Below, in pieces: positions 7,675 to 15,214 of a stretch of 37,020 nt of DNA. This DNA comes from a virus (Duplodnaviria > Caudoviricetes). Both the position numbers and the translations under genes were made by a program. The number at the start of each line of letters is the position of its first letter. The first letter of the stretch is position 1. The notes below the pieces were generated by a model. It saw only the letters and a list, made by a program, of their open reading frames with translations. It was not told where the DNA came from and searched no databases. The stretch lies in IMG/VR virus record IMGVR_UViG_3300011337_000066, positions 1 through 37,020 of that record; one strand, 5' to 3'.

Positions 7675-7913
7675 GTGCTCTCCTTGAGTTTGGCTTCAAA
7701 CAAACGCAACACCATTTCACGGAACAACAGGCGGTCTTGACTGTGTCGATATGCGTTAAACAAATGCTTATCATCCATATCTTTGATGGCTATCTCACGC
7801 CCGTCTTTTGTTGTCCATACCTCTGTGCGAAAGGTGCGTCTTGCTTCTTCTATTTCCCATGCGCGTTCTGCAAGTTGCATTTTTGCCTCGTAGTCATCGT
7901 ATGAATCGCTCAT
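7671..7913 (-). CDS. Hypothetical protein
   Basis: WTTKDGREIAIKDMDDKHLFN motif; GGAGG RBS; coupled overlaps. Confidence 0.65.
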   Translation of the reverse strand: MSDSYDDYEAKMQLAERAWEIEEARRTFRTEVWTTKDGREIAIKDMDDKHLFNAYRHSQDRLLFREMVLRLFEAKLKEST

Positions 7914-8071
7914 GCGCCCTCCTTTGGTGGTGTACAAGTGTGAATGTCCTTGGTGCGTTTACCGCATCGTGAGCAGAAGTTCTGCTCTGTGCGCTGTGGT
8001 GGCTGAGGCTGTGTTGTTCTTGCTGTACCAACATGGCGGTCTTCGCCCCTTAAATAGCGTCCTACATTCAT
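7910..8071 (-). CDS. Small Zn-finger-like hypothetical protein (53 aa)
   Basis: ...QNFCSRCGKRTKDIHTCTPP; AAGGAG RBS; ATGA overlaps at both ends. Confidence 0.55.
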   Translation of the reverse strand: MNVGRYLRGEDRHVGTARTTQPQPPQRTEQNFCSRCGKRTKDIHTCTPPKEGA

Positions 8072-8322
8072 GCGTTCTCCTTTGGTGGGTAGTTGTTGCT
8101 ACTGCAAGCCACACACTCGTAAAGCACCTTTGCTTTGCAATCGGGGCATATAGGCTCTTGCTCAATCTCTTGACCAAGGCGCTGCACTTCGCTCATAGCG
8201 TGTTCTGCCAATGCTTTTTCAATGGCGGTGATGGCCTCTGCTGTTCCGCATGGCTCACCACCATGACACCATTTCAACGCCTCAAGCGCCATCTTCATGG
8301 CCTTTAATTGTTGTGGTGTCAT
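8068..8322 (-). CDS. Hypothetical protein with C-terminal CxxC-CxxC
   Basis: MTPQQLKAMKMALEALK...CPDC...CVAC; coupled overlaps. Confidence 0.6.
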   Translation of the reverse strand: MTPQQLKAMKMALEALKWCHGGEPCGTAEAITAIEKALAEHAMSEVQRLGQEIEQEPICPDCKAKVLYECVACSSNNYPPKENA

Positions 8323-8588
8323 GTGTTCCCCCTTGCTTCGATTGCCTCTATACACGCCGCAACAGCATGACGCTCCTTAAAACTTGACAATGGTTGCCCA
8401 GTGGCATATTTAGAAGACAAAAAAACTTTGAACAACTTTTTGCACTCTTTCACACACCTCTCACGCTCTATTGCTGTGGCTTTTTCTTCAACCAATGCGG
8501 CAAATTCTTCAGCCGCCTTTTGCCAGTCTGGGTGTCGAATTGGAAAGCCAACCTGCTTTGCCAACGCAATGATCTCATCAGGTGTCAT
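8319..8588 (-). CDS. Hypothetical phage protein
   Basis: MT.DEII.LAKQ.G...FAALV...ERERC...IEARG pattern; coupled overlaps. Confidence 0.7.
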   Translation of the reverse strand: MTPDEIIALAKQVGFPIRHPDWQKAAEEFAALVEEKATAIERERCVKECKKLFKVFLSSKYATGQPLSSFKERHAVAACIEAIEARGNT

Positions 8589-8728
8589 AACTTCACTCCT
8601 TCATACCAACCCTCGACATACATTTCGTGGAACCCCCAAGCGAATAGCCAAGTCCAACTGAGTGGCTTATTGTGTGGAAATGTTATTTGTGCCATGTGCA
8701 AACAAAAATCTTTATTTGGTGGTCTCAT
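8585..8728 (-). CDS. Hypothetical protein
   Basis: MRPPNKDFCL...; GAGG RBS; ATGA overlaps. Confidence 0.55.
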   Translation of the reverse strand: MRPPNKDFCLHMAQITFPHNKPLSWTWLFAWGFHEMYVEGWYEGVKL

Positions 8729-8943
8729 CGCTTCATTCCTCTGATGTACACAGTAAACGATTGAATCGTGTCTTTTCCAAAGGCCAACGAGCATTTCTCA
8801 ATGTGTTGGGCAACTTCTTCAATCACTTCGTTTCGCGCATTGGTTTCGGCGTATCGGATTATTTGGTGTTTGCGCGACCCTTGAAGTCCCCAATCGCCTT
8901 GTCTGCGACTGAGTTCTTCAAACGCTTCATCTTCCGGACTCAA
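8725..8943 (-). CDS. Hypothetical protein
   Basis: RNEVIEEVA..IEK...FGKDTI.SF..YIR.MK; in the coupled leftward operon. Confidence 0.65.
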   Translation of the reverse strand: MSPEDEAFEELSRRQGDWGLQGSRKHQIIRYAETNARNEVIEEVAQHIEKCSLAFGKDTIQSFTVYIRGMKR

Positions 8944-9176
8944 AACCCAATATCCTCATCTGCGGGTAAGCCTTCATACTTCGGCTCTTTGGGTTTAGGG
9001 TCGTTCATGTATGCCCAACCGTCCCACCCCGCATAAATAGGCATTACATCGAGTTTCAGCATAGGGCCGTTCTTTGTGTCGATAACAGACCCAATGCGGA
9101 TGTATCGTTTCTTTTCTTCGCCCTTTGCGTTGGTATAAGAACCCGCAACAACTGTGATTTCTTTAAGCAGTGCCAT
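8940..9176 (-). CDS. Small putative ssDNA-binding protein
   Basis: Beta-rich, acidic C-terminus ending DEDIGF like an SSB tail; follows the exonuclease/ERF pair. Confidence 0.55.
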   Translation of the reverse strand: MALLKEITVVAGSYTNAKGEEKKRYIRIGSVIDTKNGPMLKLDVMPIYAGWDGWAYMNDPKPKEPKYEGLPADEDIGF

Positions 9177-9780
9177 TTTTTTCTTTCATTAAAAGTTCAA
9201 GTTTTTTGTCAAGATCAGCGAGAAACTTCACCACTTCGGCATCCATTTCGCTGATTAGCTTCTCGTCTCTCTCGACTCGTTTGGTGAACATTTCCAACCC
9301 TTTTAGTCTTGGGTCAAAGGAAACGAAATCACACCATTCTTTACCCGTACACCTAAGCTGAAACTGAATTTGCTTGATGTACTTTGAGGGCACTGTTTTT
9401 GACAATAGAGTGTCGATGTGGGTGGAGGTGTTGGGACACTTGATCTCGATGATTCCATTGCCCACAATCCCATCGGGTGAGGCTCCAGCCATTTCAATGT
9501 CCGGATGTGGAATAAACCCCACTTGCTCAACCAATACAGAATTCACCATTTCATAGTGTGCTCGTGCCAATGGCTCAGTCTCTGTGCCCCACTGCATAGC
9601 CGAGTTGGTGAATGAATCGGCTTTCTCACCCGTCAACCGTTCACAAATGAGTTGGGCCATGTAGTCGTCCCGTGACGCACCATACCCACCCGTTTTAAGT
9701 TTTGCCATCACATCTGAGACGCGAGAGGCCGTTACCTTACCCAAACGGGCGGCAAACCATTCCGGTGTACCTTGTTCCAT
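9163..9780 (-). CDS. YqaJ / lambda-exonuclease family protein
   Basis: QGTPEWF.AR.GKVTAS, AMQWG.E.EP.AR, GASPDG, EIKCP, Q.QFQL...CDFVSFDPR. Confidence 0.93.
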   Translation of the reverse strand: MEQGTPEWFAARLGKVTASRVSDVMAKLKTGGYGASRDDYMAQLICERLTGEKADSFTNSAMQWGTETEPLARAHYEMVNSVLVEQVGFIPHPDIEMAGASPDGIVGNGIIEIKCPNTSTHIDTLLSKTVPSKYIKQIQFQLRCTGKEWCDFVSFDPRLKGLEMFTKRVERDEKLISEMDAEVVKFLADLDKKLELLMKEKNGTA

Positions 9781-10376
9781 TACAGACTCGCTTTCTTCAA
9801 GTCTTTGGCAATGATGATGGCATTCTTTGCGGCGGCATCATGTCCGGCTACCTTGATGGCCTCAAAGTAAGCTACCTTTAATTCTTCCTCTGTGGTAGCT
9901 GCATCAATGGAAGCGATTAGCGGGGCAATGAGGACGGTCTTTGGTGCGACTGAATGGGTATGGGCATCGGCATCGTTGTCGGCTTCTGTGGGGATGCTAA
10001 AGGCTTGAAACGCTGCATATTTGTAAGCTGCTGACATAGCTTTGTTGGTGGCTTTGTCTCCGCTGTCCATTGCTTCACCAAATGTCTTGACGGTGTGCTT
10101 TGACCCATCTTCTGCTGAGACAAAATCAAACTCAACCTCAACAGTCACATAAAACAATGCGCCACCCGACTTGCTTGATCGCTCAACACACTCACGGGTA
10201 AGAACACGGGGCAGAATACAAAGGCTGTGCTTTGCCAATAGGGGCGCAATGGCGTTATACACATCATCAATGCCCCTAAAGTTATATCCGCTGCCCTGCA
10301 TATTCCTACGGTCTTTTGTGATGCCTACCGATGACAATTCTGATTGAACAGCGTTAATGGCTTTGTAAACTTTCAT
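9780..10376 (-). CDS. erf: ERF-family single-strand annealing recombinase
   Basis: YNFRGIDDVY.A..P.LAKH, GEAMDSGDKATNKAMSAAYKYA..Q.F.IPTE..D.D. Confidence 0.9.
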   Translation of the reverse strand: MKVYKAINAVQSELSSVGITKDRRNMQGSGYNFRGIDDVYNAIAPLLAKHSLCILPRVLTRECVERSSKSGGALFYVTVEVEFDFVSAEDGSKHTVKTFGEAMDSGDKATNKAMSAAYKYAAFQAFSIPTEADNDADAHTHSVAPKTVLIAPLIASIDAATTEEELKVAYFEAIKVAGHDAAAKNAIIIAKDLKKASL

Positions 10377-10576
10377 TTGGAATCCTTTGCAATGAGTTCG
10401 GTTTGTAGGGTTTTGATTTCGTCACGGGCGTTGTCGATGTGGTTGACCAACACGCGAATGTGGCCTTCCAACATCTGAATGCGGTAAAGCAGTCGTTCAG
10501 CTAGATCGATCTGAGGTTCGCGGTATAAAGTCTCTGAGGTTTGTTTGACAGAATTGATGATGTAATCAGCGTCCAT
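10373..10576 (-). CDS. Hypothetical coiled-coil protein
   Basis: GGAG RBS; coupled to neighbours. Confidence 0.6.
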   Translation of the reverse strand: MDADYIINSVKQTSETLYREPQIDLAERLLYRIQMLEGHIRVLVNHIDNARDEIKTLQTELIAKDSK

Positions 10577-10755
10577 TAGGGTCTCCAAATAAAACAGTCA
10601 AGGGCAATCACGATAAGGGCGATGAGGCTCACCACACGAGCTACCTTATCGGCAATGGTCAGACGGGCGACATGAATCTCAATGCAAGCCCCGTTCTCCA
10701 TACTGTTGGGGAATGCTTCGGTGAATGTGCGGGGGAATTTGGTTCTATTAAGCAT
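10576..10755 (-). CDS. Hypothetical membrane protein
   Basis: FPRT..EAFP...C-terminal TM ending D.F.WRP. Confidence 0.65.
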   Translation of the reverse strand: MLNRTKFPRTFTEAFPNSMENGACIEIHVARLTIADKVARVVSLIALIVIALDCFIWRP

Positions 10756-11005
10756 GGAAGTCCTCAATCATGGCGATGTGGTGTTTCTTGATTTGCGAGT
10801 AGATCAGTGCTTGATCTGCTGCGGTCAGTTCGTAGGTAACTTCGGTTCCGGCAGGTTCATCTTCAAAATCTTCGGTGGTGTATGCAAACCAATCGTAGAC
10901 TTCGGAGAGGCCAACAGAATCATCGGCTTCAAAGTAGTCAAACTCGACCAAAAGATAACCGAAGTCGATTGAGTGGACTTCGGTGGAGTAGGTTAGATTT
11001 TTCAT
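10748..11005 (-). CDS. Acidic hypothetical protein, first gene of the leftward early operon
   Basis: AGGA RBS; strongly Asp/Glu-rich. Confidence 0.65.
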   Translation of the reverse strand: MKNLTYSTEVHSIDFGYLLVEFDYFEADDSVGLSEVYDWFAYTTEDFEDEPAGTEVTYELTAADQALIYSQIKKHHIAMIEDFHA

Positions 11006-11039
11006 TTGCTTCCTAATAGACCCTATGCGTTGTGCTGGG

Positions 11040-11126
11040 GAATGACTGCATCTTAAACCTACATCTAGTAATTATCATTAGGACTTTCCCTAATGTGTGA
11101 AAATACAACATCTAGCACAATGAATC
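11040..11126. promoter_or_regulatory. Divergent promoter/operator region
   Basis: Strand switch point; dyad CATTAGG-n6-CCTAATG (11076-11095) flanked by ACATCTAG direct repeats (11061, 11108). Confidence 0.6.
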
Positions 11127-11312
11127 ATGTTTCCGCATTGCTTTCCCTCTGAACAGCAGTATCGTGAGTGGGTCAATTACGCCAAAATCGTAGCTGAACC
11201 CGTCAATATCTGTGAGGACTGCACAAAGGATTTTCAGATGGAAATGCTCTTAGAAGAACGGTGCAAACCCTCCCCGAAGTGGTGGATTGGCAAACGCGAA
11301 GGACAAACATGA
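11127..11312 (+). CDS. Small Cys-containing hypothetical protein
   Basis: P.CF...CEDCT...RC; first rightward ORF. Confidence 0.6.
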   Translation: MFPHCFPSEQQYREWVNYAKIVAEPVNICEDCTKDFQMEMLLEERCKPSPKWWIGKREGQT

Positions 11313-11458
11313 AAGCACTCGTAGGAATTTGGTTCGCCCTTTCTGTCAGCATGGCATGGGCATCATGCACTACTCACACATACATCATGAACGGTCGTAT
11401 GGTGACTTGCACGACTTGCTGCTTTGCTTACGGCAATTGCACAACAAACTGTTTTTAG
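11309..11458 (+). CDS. Secreted six-Cys miniprotein
   Basis: AAGGA RBS; signal peptide MKALVGIWFALSVSMAWA, then SCTTHTYIMNGRMVTCTTCCFAYGNCTTNCF. Confidence 0.7.
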   Translation: MKALVGIWFALSVSMAWASCTTHTYIMNGRMVTCTTCCFAYGNCTTNCF

Positions 11459-11462
11459 GGTG

Positions 11463-11493
11463 TTGACACACACAAAAGAAATGTGTGTATAAT
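11463..11493 (+). promoter_or_regulatory. Sigma70-type promoter with 19-bp spacer
   Basis: TTGACA (11463-68) and TATAAT (11488-93). Confidence 0.7.
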
Positions 11494-11500
11494 CCAATCA

Positions 11501-11655
11501 TCAACGGCTTGGTAACCCGTTGAAGTTCTCTAACAACGCTACTCGCAAACCCATTGGTGAGCGGGCTTCGTCAAAGCTAAGGGATTCCGGTTAGAGCGGG
11601 CCTTTATGCGGCAACCAAGCCTAAAGCTCGTTCACCAATGGGTTTTTTGCTTTTT
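11501..11655 (+). ncRNA. Putative structured leader/ncRNA ending in a terminator-like long stem
   Basis: 22-bp stem 11547-11568/11624-11645 with two G-U pairs followed by T tracts; further crossing helices. Confidence 0.55.
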
Positions 11656-11932
11656 TGCCCCTACTCGTCAGGGCGCGTCAGCTAATGGTCTGAATGGACT
11701 GAACCCAAGAAACACCGCACCCATCTCACCCGTGGGCAAAAGGCGAACAGCGTTAGTTGAGCGACTGTTAAAGCATTTGGTACACGGTGGAACAAGGCCA
11801 AATGTATAAGCGAATCAACTCGTCAAGCGCACTTGGGCTGAGACTGTTTTTTGAAAGCATTAAGATGAATTTAGGAACAGATCGAAAGCTGGAGCGGGAA
11901 GGATAGTCACTCTATCCACCCTTGTAGGAACT

Positions 11933-12310
11933 ATGGAGAAAACAAAAATGCAATTATTCGAAACGGGATTCGACAGATTTTGGTCAGCATGGCCTAAAAG
12001 CCCCCGCAAGGGTGGAAAGTCAGAGTGCTTAAAAAAATGGCAAAAGTTCTATTGTGAGACTTGCGCCGATCAAATCATTAAACATCTTGAGTGGATGAAA
12101 ACAACAGACCAATGGCGCAAAGATAACGGGGCATTCATTCCCGCACCTTTGGTCTACCTCAATCAACAAAGATGGGACGGGGCAGAGATACCCGACACAG
12201 CCCCCAAAGCAGACCCCGCACTAGAGAAGATCAAAGCCGACATTGAGAGGGCTGCACCAATGCCTAGCCACATCCGCGAGCGACTTGCTCAACTGAGGGG
12301 TAAAGCATGA
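11933..12310 (+). CDS. Putative replication-initiation (replisome organiser-like) protein
   Basis: FDRFWSAWPK...K..C.KKW...FIPAP..YLNQ.RW motif typical of phage initiator C-terminal domains. Confidence 0.65.
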   Translation: MEKTKMQLFETGFDRFWSAWPKSPRKGGKSECLKKWQKFYCETCADQIIKHLEWMKTTDQWRKDNGAFIPAPLVYLNQQRWDGAEIPDTAPKADPALEKIKADIERAAPMPSHIRERLAQLRGKA

Positions 12311-12552
12311 CCAAAGAACAAGCACACGCACTGCTCAACTTTGTGAAGTTGGGGTTTGCAATCCCCACATGGCGAATCAACAAAGCACTGACCATCACGG
12401 GGGACTTGAATGCTCAACGAGTTAGCCGACCATTACGCGACATTGGCGATGACGAAGGGCTGGACAGAGTACACACGCCATCGGGTGAAGGAACTACGCG
12501 ATTCGAACGATATGTGGAAAGAATTACCCCGCATGGTGAAGGAGCGCATTGA
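12307..12552 (+). CDS. Hypothetical protein
   Basis: ATGA coupling; I..AL..TGDL motif. Confidence 0.55.
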   Translation: MTKEQAHALLNFVKLGFAIPTWRINKALTITGDLNAQRVSRPLRDIGDDEGLDRVHTPSGEGTTRFERYVERITPHGEGAH

Positions 12553-12622
12553 TGGACATAAACACGCCGAGAGGGAAAGAATCGCTCAAAGCGGAGGCGA
12601 GAGCAATGGCGATATTCGCTAA
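12410..12622 (+). CDS. Hypothetical protein overlapping its neighbours
   Basis: GGGG RBS-like sequence; LADHYA.LA...GW.EY.RHRVKEL looks protein-like. Confidence 0.5.
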   Translation: MLNELADHYATLAMTKGWTEYTRHRVKELRDSNDMWKELPRMVKERIDGHKHAERERIAQSGGESNGDIR

Positions 12623-13022
12623 ACACTTTCCGGATTACGAGTATTGCGAAACACCAAAGGACAAACCCGCAGACATTGACGCGATATTGATAAAACAAAA
12701 TCAAATCATGCGGGTGGTCGAAACCAAATGCAGAGACTTGACCATTGAGGAATTTATCGGAAGATTTAATTATCAGTGGTTGGTGACATTTGACAAACTC
12801 GAAAAAGGAAAGCAAATCGCAAAAGCATTATGTGTCCCATTCACCGGATTTTTATATTTGAGTCAATCTGAGATTTTGCTTGTTCAACAAATATCAAATC
12901 ACATTGGTTATGTGCCGGAGATAACGATTTTCCAAACAGCAACACAGAAAAATATAAACGGTGGACAGATAATCAGATCAAACGCTTATATCGACATGAG
13001 CAACGCGACTCAATTAAAATGA
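12549..13022 (+). CDS. Putative PD-(D/E)XK nuclease-fold protein
   Basis: E.RA...DID...VETKCR motif; AAGGAG RBS. Confidence 0.55.
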   Translation: MMDINTPRGKESLKAEARAMAIFAKHFPDYEYCETPKDKPADIDAILIKQNQIMRVVETKCRDLTIEEFIGRFNYQWLVTFDKLEKGKQIAKALCVPFTGFLYLSQSEILLVQQISNHIGYVPEITIFQTATQKNINGGQIIRSNAYIDMSNATQLK

Positions 13023-13435
13023 TTCAAATATTTTTCACTGTCCCACAAGTCTCCGGAAAAGGTAGGCCCCGCTTTGCACGACAAGGAACCTTTGTCAAAA
13101 CTTACACCGATGCAAAGACTTTGACCTACGAGAAGTCAATACAGACCTATGCTAAACAAGCGATGGGGTCTACAAGCCCTCTAATCGGGGCTGTAGCGGC
13201 TTATCTTCACATCGGAATACCCATACCGCCATCCTATTCAAAAACGCGCCAAAAGGCTTGTATTGAAGGACTCGAACGACCGACCAAAAAGCCCGACATT
13301 GACAACATTGTGAAAGCTGTATTGGATGGCATGAATGGCATCGTGTATCTTGATGACAAACAAGTGGTTGATTTGCACTTGACAAAGGTATATTCTTCAA
13401 AAGAGGGGATAGATATTATGGTGAAAGAAATATGA
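13019..13435 (+). CDS. rusA: RusA-family Holliday junction resolvase
   Basis: GKGRPRF, KKPDIDNIVKAVLDGMNGIVY.DDKQVV. Confidence 0.93.
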   Translation: MIQIFFTVPQVSGKGRPRFARQGTFVKTYTDAKTLTYEKSIQTYAKQAMGSTSPLIGAVAAYLHIGIPIPPSYSKTRQKACIEGLERPTKKPDIDNIVKAVLDGMNGIVYLDDKQVVDLHLTKVYSSKEGIDIMVKEI

Positions 13436-13653
13436 GACACGACATAGATTGGCATAAAGTACACGCAAAGGTCGGTCAGAAAATACCGGTATATCCTTTT
13501 AAACACACTGTTGAACCATTTATAGGTGTGGTTGAAAAAATCACCATCAATAAATATGGTCGTATCAGTTATGTTGTAAATGGTAAAGATGTATTTGCAG
13601 AGGAATTATTGCCAGCCAAAGGGCAAACAAAATTGAAAATGAGGGCAACATGA
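13432..13653 (+). CDS. Small AT-rich hypothetical protein
   Basis: ATGA overlaps at both ends. Confidence 0.6.
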   Translation: MRHDIDWHKVHAKVGQKIPVYPFKHTVEPFIGVVEKITINKYGRISYVVNGKDVFAEELLPAKGQTKLKMRAT

Positions 13654-14051
13654 ACATCACTTTATATAACCCCCAACAAGGACACGCAGTTTTAAAAGAC
13701 TTGTGGCCTAAGATCAAAGCCACATTGATGACGGGACAGAAGCTGCGGATTGAAATAAAACAATCGCGGAGAAGCGCAGAGCAAAACGATATGTTTCACG
13801 GCATCATCCATAAAATATATATTGCTATGAAGGGCGCGGGTTCAAAATGGACTGCGGACGATTGGAAACGATTATTAATAGACCAATGGGCACATGAGAC
13901 TAATCGCAAGATCGGAAAGGTAGCCCCGTCACTTGATGGCGAACGGGTGGTGCAATTGGGGTTGCAGTCTCACAAATTCACGATTGAGGAAGGAAGCGAG
14001 TTCATTGAATGGCTGCTTGCATGGGCGGCAGATAAGGGGATTAATCTATGA
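13650..14051 (+). CDS. ninB: NinB-family recombination protein
   Basis: RRS.EQN..FH...W...DWK...VV.LG..S.KF...E.SEFIEWL.AW.A..GI. Confidence 0.88.
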   Translation: MNITLYNPQQGHAVLKDLWPKIKATLMTGQKLRIEIKQSRRSAEQNDMFHGIIHKIYIAMKGAGSKWTADDWKRLLIDQWAHETNRKIGKVAPSLDGERVVQLGLQSHKFTIEEGSEFIEWLLAWAADKGINL

Positions 14052-14728
14052 TTCACTATCATGGAACACCCATAACCCCTATGAAGGCCATAGAGACAAT
14101 GGGCGGCAAGCATTTTTGTGTGTCCTATGCCCGACCGGATGACTTGCAAAGGTGTTTGCGTTTGGGACAGTCTCTAATGCTGGACAACGGCGCATTTAGC
14201 GCCAAAACTCGCGGATTGCCCTTTGACATTGATGGATTCTATAAATGGGTTGAACCTTTGCTAGTACATCCACATTGGGCTGTAGTGCCGGATGTGATTG
14301 ATGGGACTGTTAAGCAACAGAAGGAAATGGTCAAAACATGGCCTTTCCGCAAAGAGTTTGGCATTCCCGTTTGGCATTTGGGCTTGCCAATTGCATACTT
14401 GCTTGAACTGTGTGACACATGGGGACGGGTCTGCTTTGGGTCAGCTGGCGAGTATTGGCAGATTGGAACTACCAAATGGTGCGGCAAGATGGACGAAGCA
14501 TTTAACGCTATGACAAACACCTTTGGGCGGCAATTGCCTTGGGTGCATGGATTAAGGATGTTGGGTCTATCTGCTGGCCCGTGGCCTTTGGCTAGTGCTG
14601 ATTCAACAAATGTAGCTGTCAATCATTCCGGAAAAATGGAGTGTGCTGGCTGCATGGCAAAGAGGATAGATTCCACCAACCCCCCAACCCTTTGGGAAGC
14701 AAAACCGTTACAGGAGATTTTGATTTGA
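14048..14728 (+). CDS. tRNA-guanine transglycosylase-like (possible DpdA-type) protein
   Basis: LMLDNGAFS, PDVI.G, IPVWH, VHGL and ASADST match the order of TGT/DpdA motifs (DSGGF, PD.I, PV.Q/H, H.LG, S.DS); coupled to a VUT gene. Confidence 0.6.
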   Translation: MIHYHGTPITPMKAIETMGGKHFCVSYARPDDLQRCLRLGQSLMLDNGAFSAKTRGLPFDIDGFYKWVEPLLVHPHWAVVPDVIDGTVKQQKEMVKTWPFRKEFGIPVWHLGLPIAYLLELCDTWGRVCFGSAGEYWQIGTTKWCGKMDEAFNAMTNTFGRQLPWVHGLRMLGLSAGPWPLASADSTNVAVNHSGKMECAGCMAKRIDSTNPPTLWEAKPLQEILI

Positions 14729-15201
14729 TTTACCCCGCAATTTACATTTCTGCACTTGTCGTAGCCAATTTGTTGGTGGCATGGCTCGGGCCGTGGTTTA
14801 GTCCTATAAACGCCTTTGTTCTCATTGGATTGGATTTGTCATTGCGAGACAAACTACATGAACAATGGGAAAACGACAGACTTATCATAAAGATGGGAGG
14901 TTTAATTGCTGTGGCTAGCGTAATTTCCTATTTTCTCAATCCGGCAGCGGGGTCGATTGCTTTGGCATCATTTGTAGCTTTTGCTCTTTCAATGATTGCC
15001 GATACCATTGTTTATCATTATTTGCGAAATAAATCATGGGCAATTCGATCAAATGGGTCTAATGTTGCTGGTGCGGCGGTGGACTCGGTGACATTCCCTA
15101 CTATTGCTTTTGGTGGGTTGATGTTGGAAATTGTGGCTTTGCAGTTCTGTGCAAAGGTTTGTGGTGGGTTTCTTTGGAGTAAGTTTTTCAAAAGGAATTG
15201 A
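14725..15201 (+). CDS. yhhQ: VUT/YhhQ-family (queuosine precursor) transporter
   Basis: Multi-TM; ..ANL., L.LRD..HE, IALAS..AF..S...DT.VY..LR, RSN.SN..GA.VDS..F..IAFG, Q...KV; TTG start with AGGAG RBS. Confidence 0.8.
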   Translation: MIYPAIYISALVVANLLVAWLGPWFSPINAFVLIGLDLSLRDKLHEQWENDRLIIKMGGLIAVASVISYFLNPAAGSIALASFVAFALSMIADTIVYHYLRNKSWAIRSNGSNVAGAAVDSVTFPTIAFGGLMLEIVALQFCAKVCGGFLWSKFFKRN

Positions 15202-15214
15202 TGTAGGATAGAGG

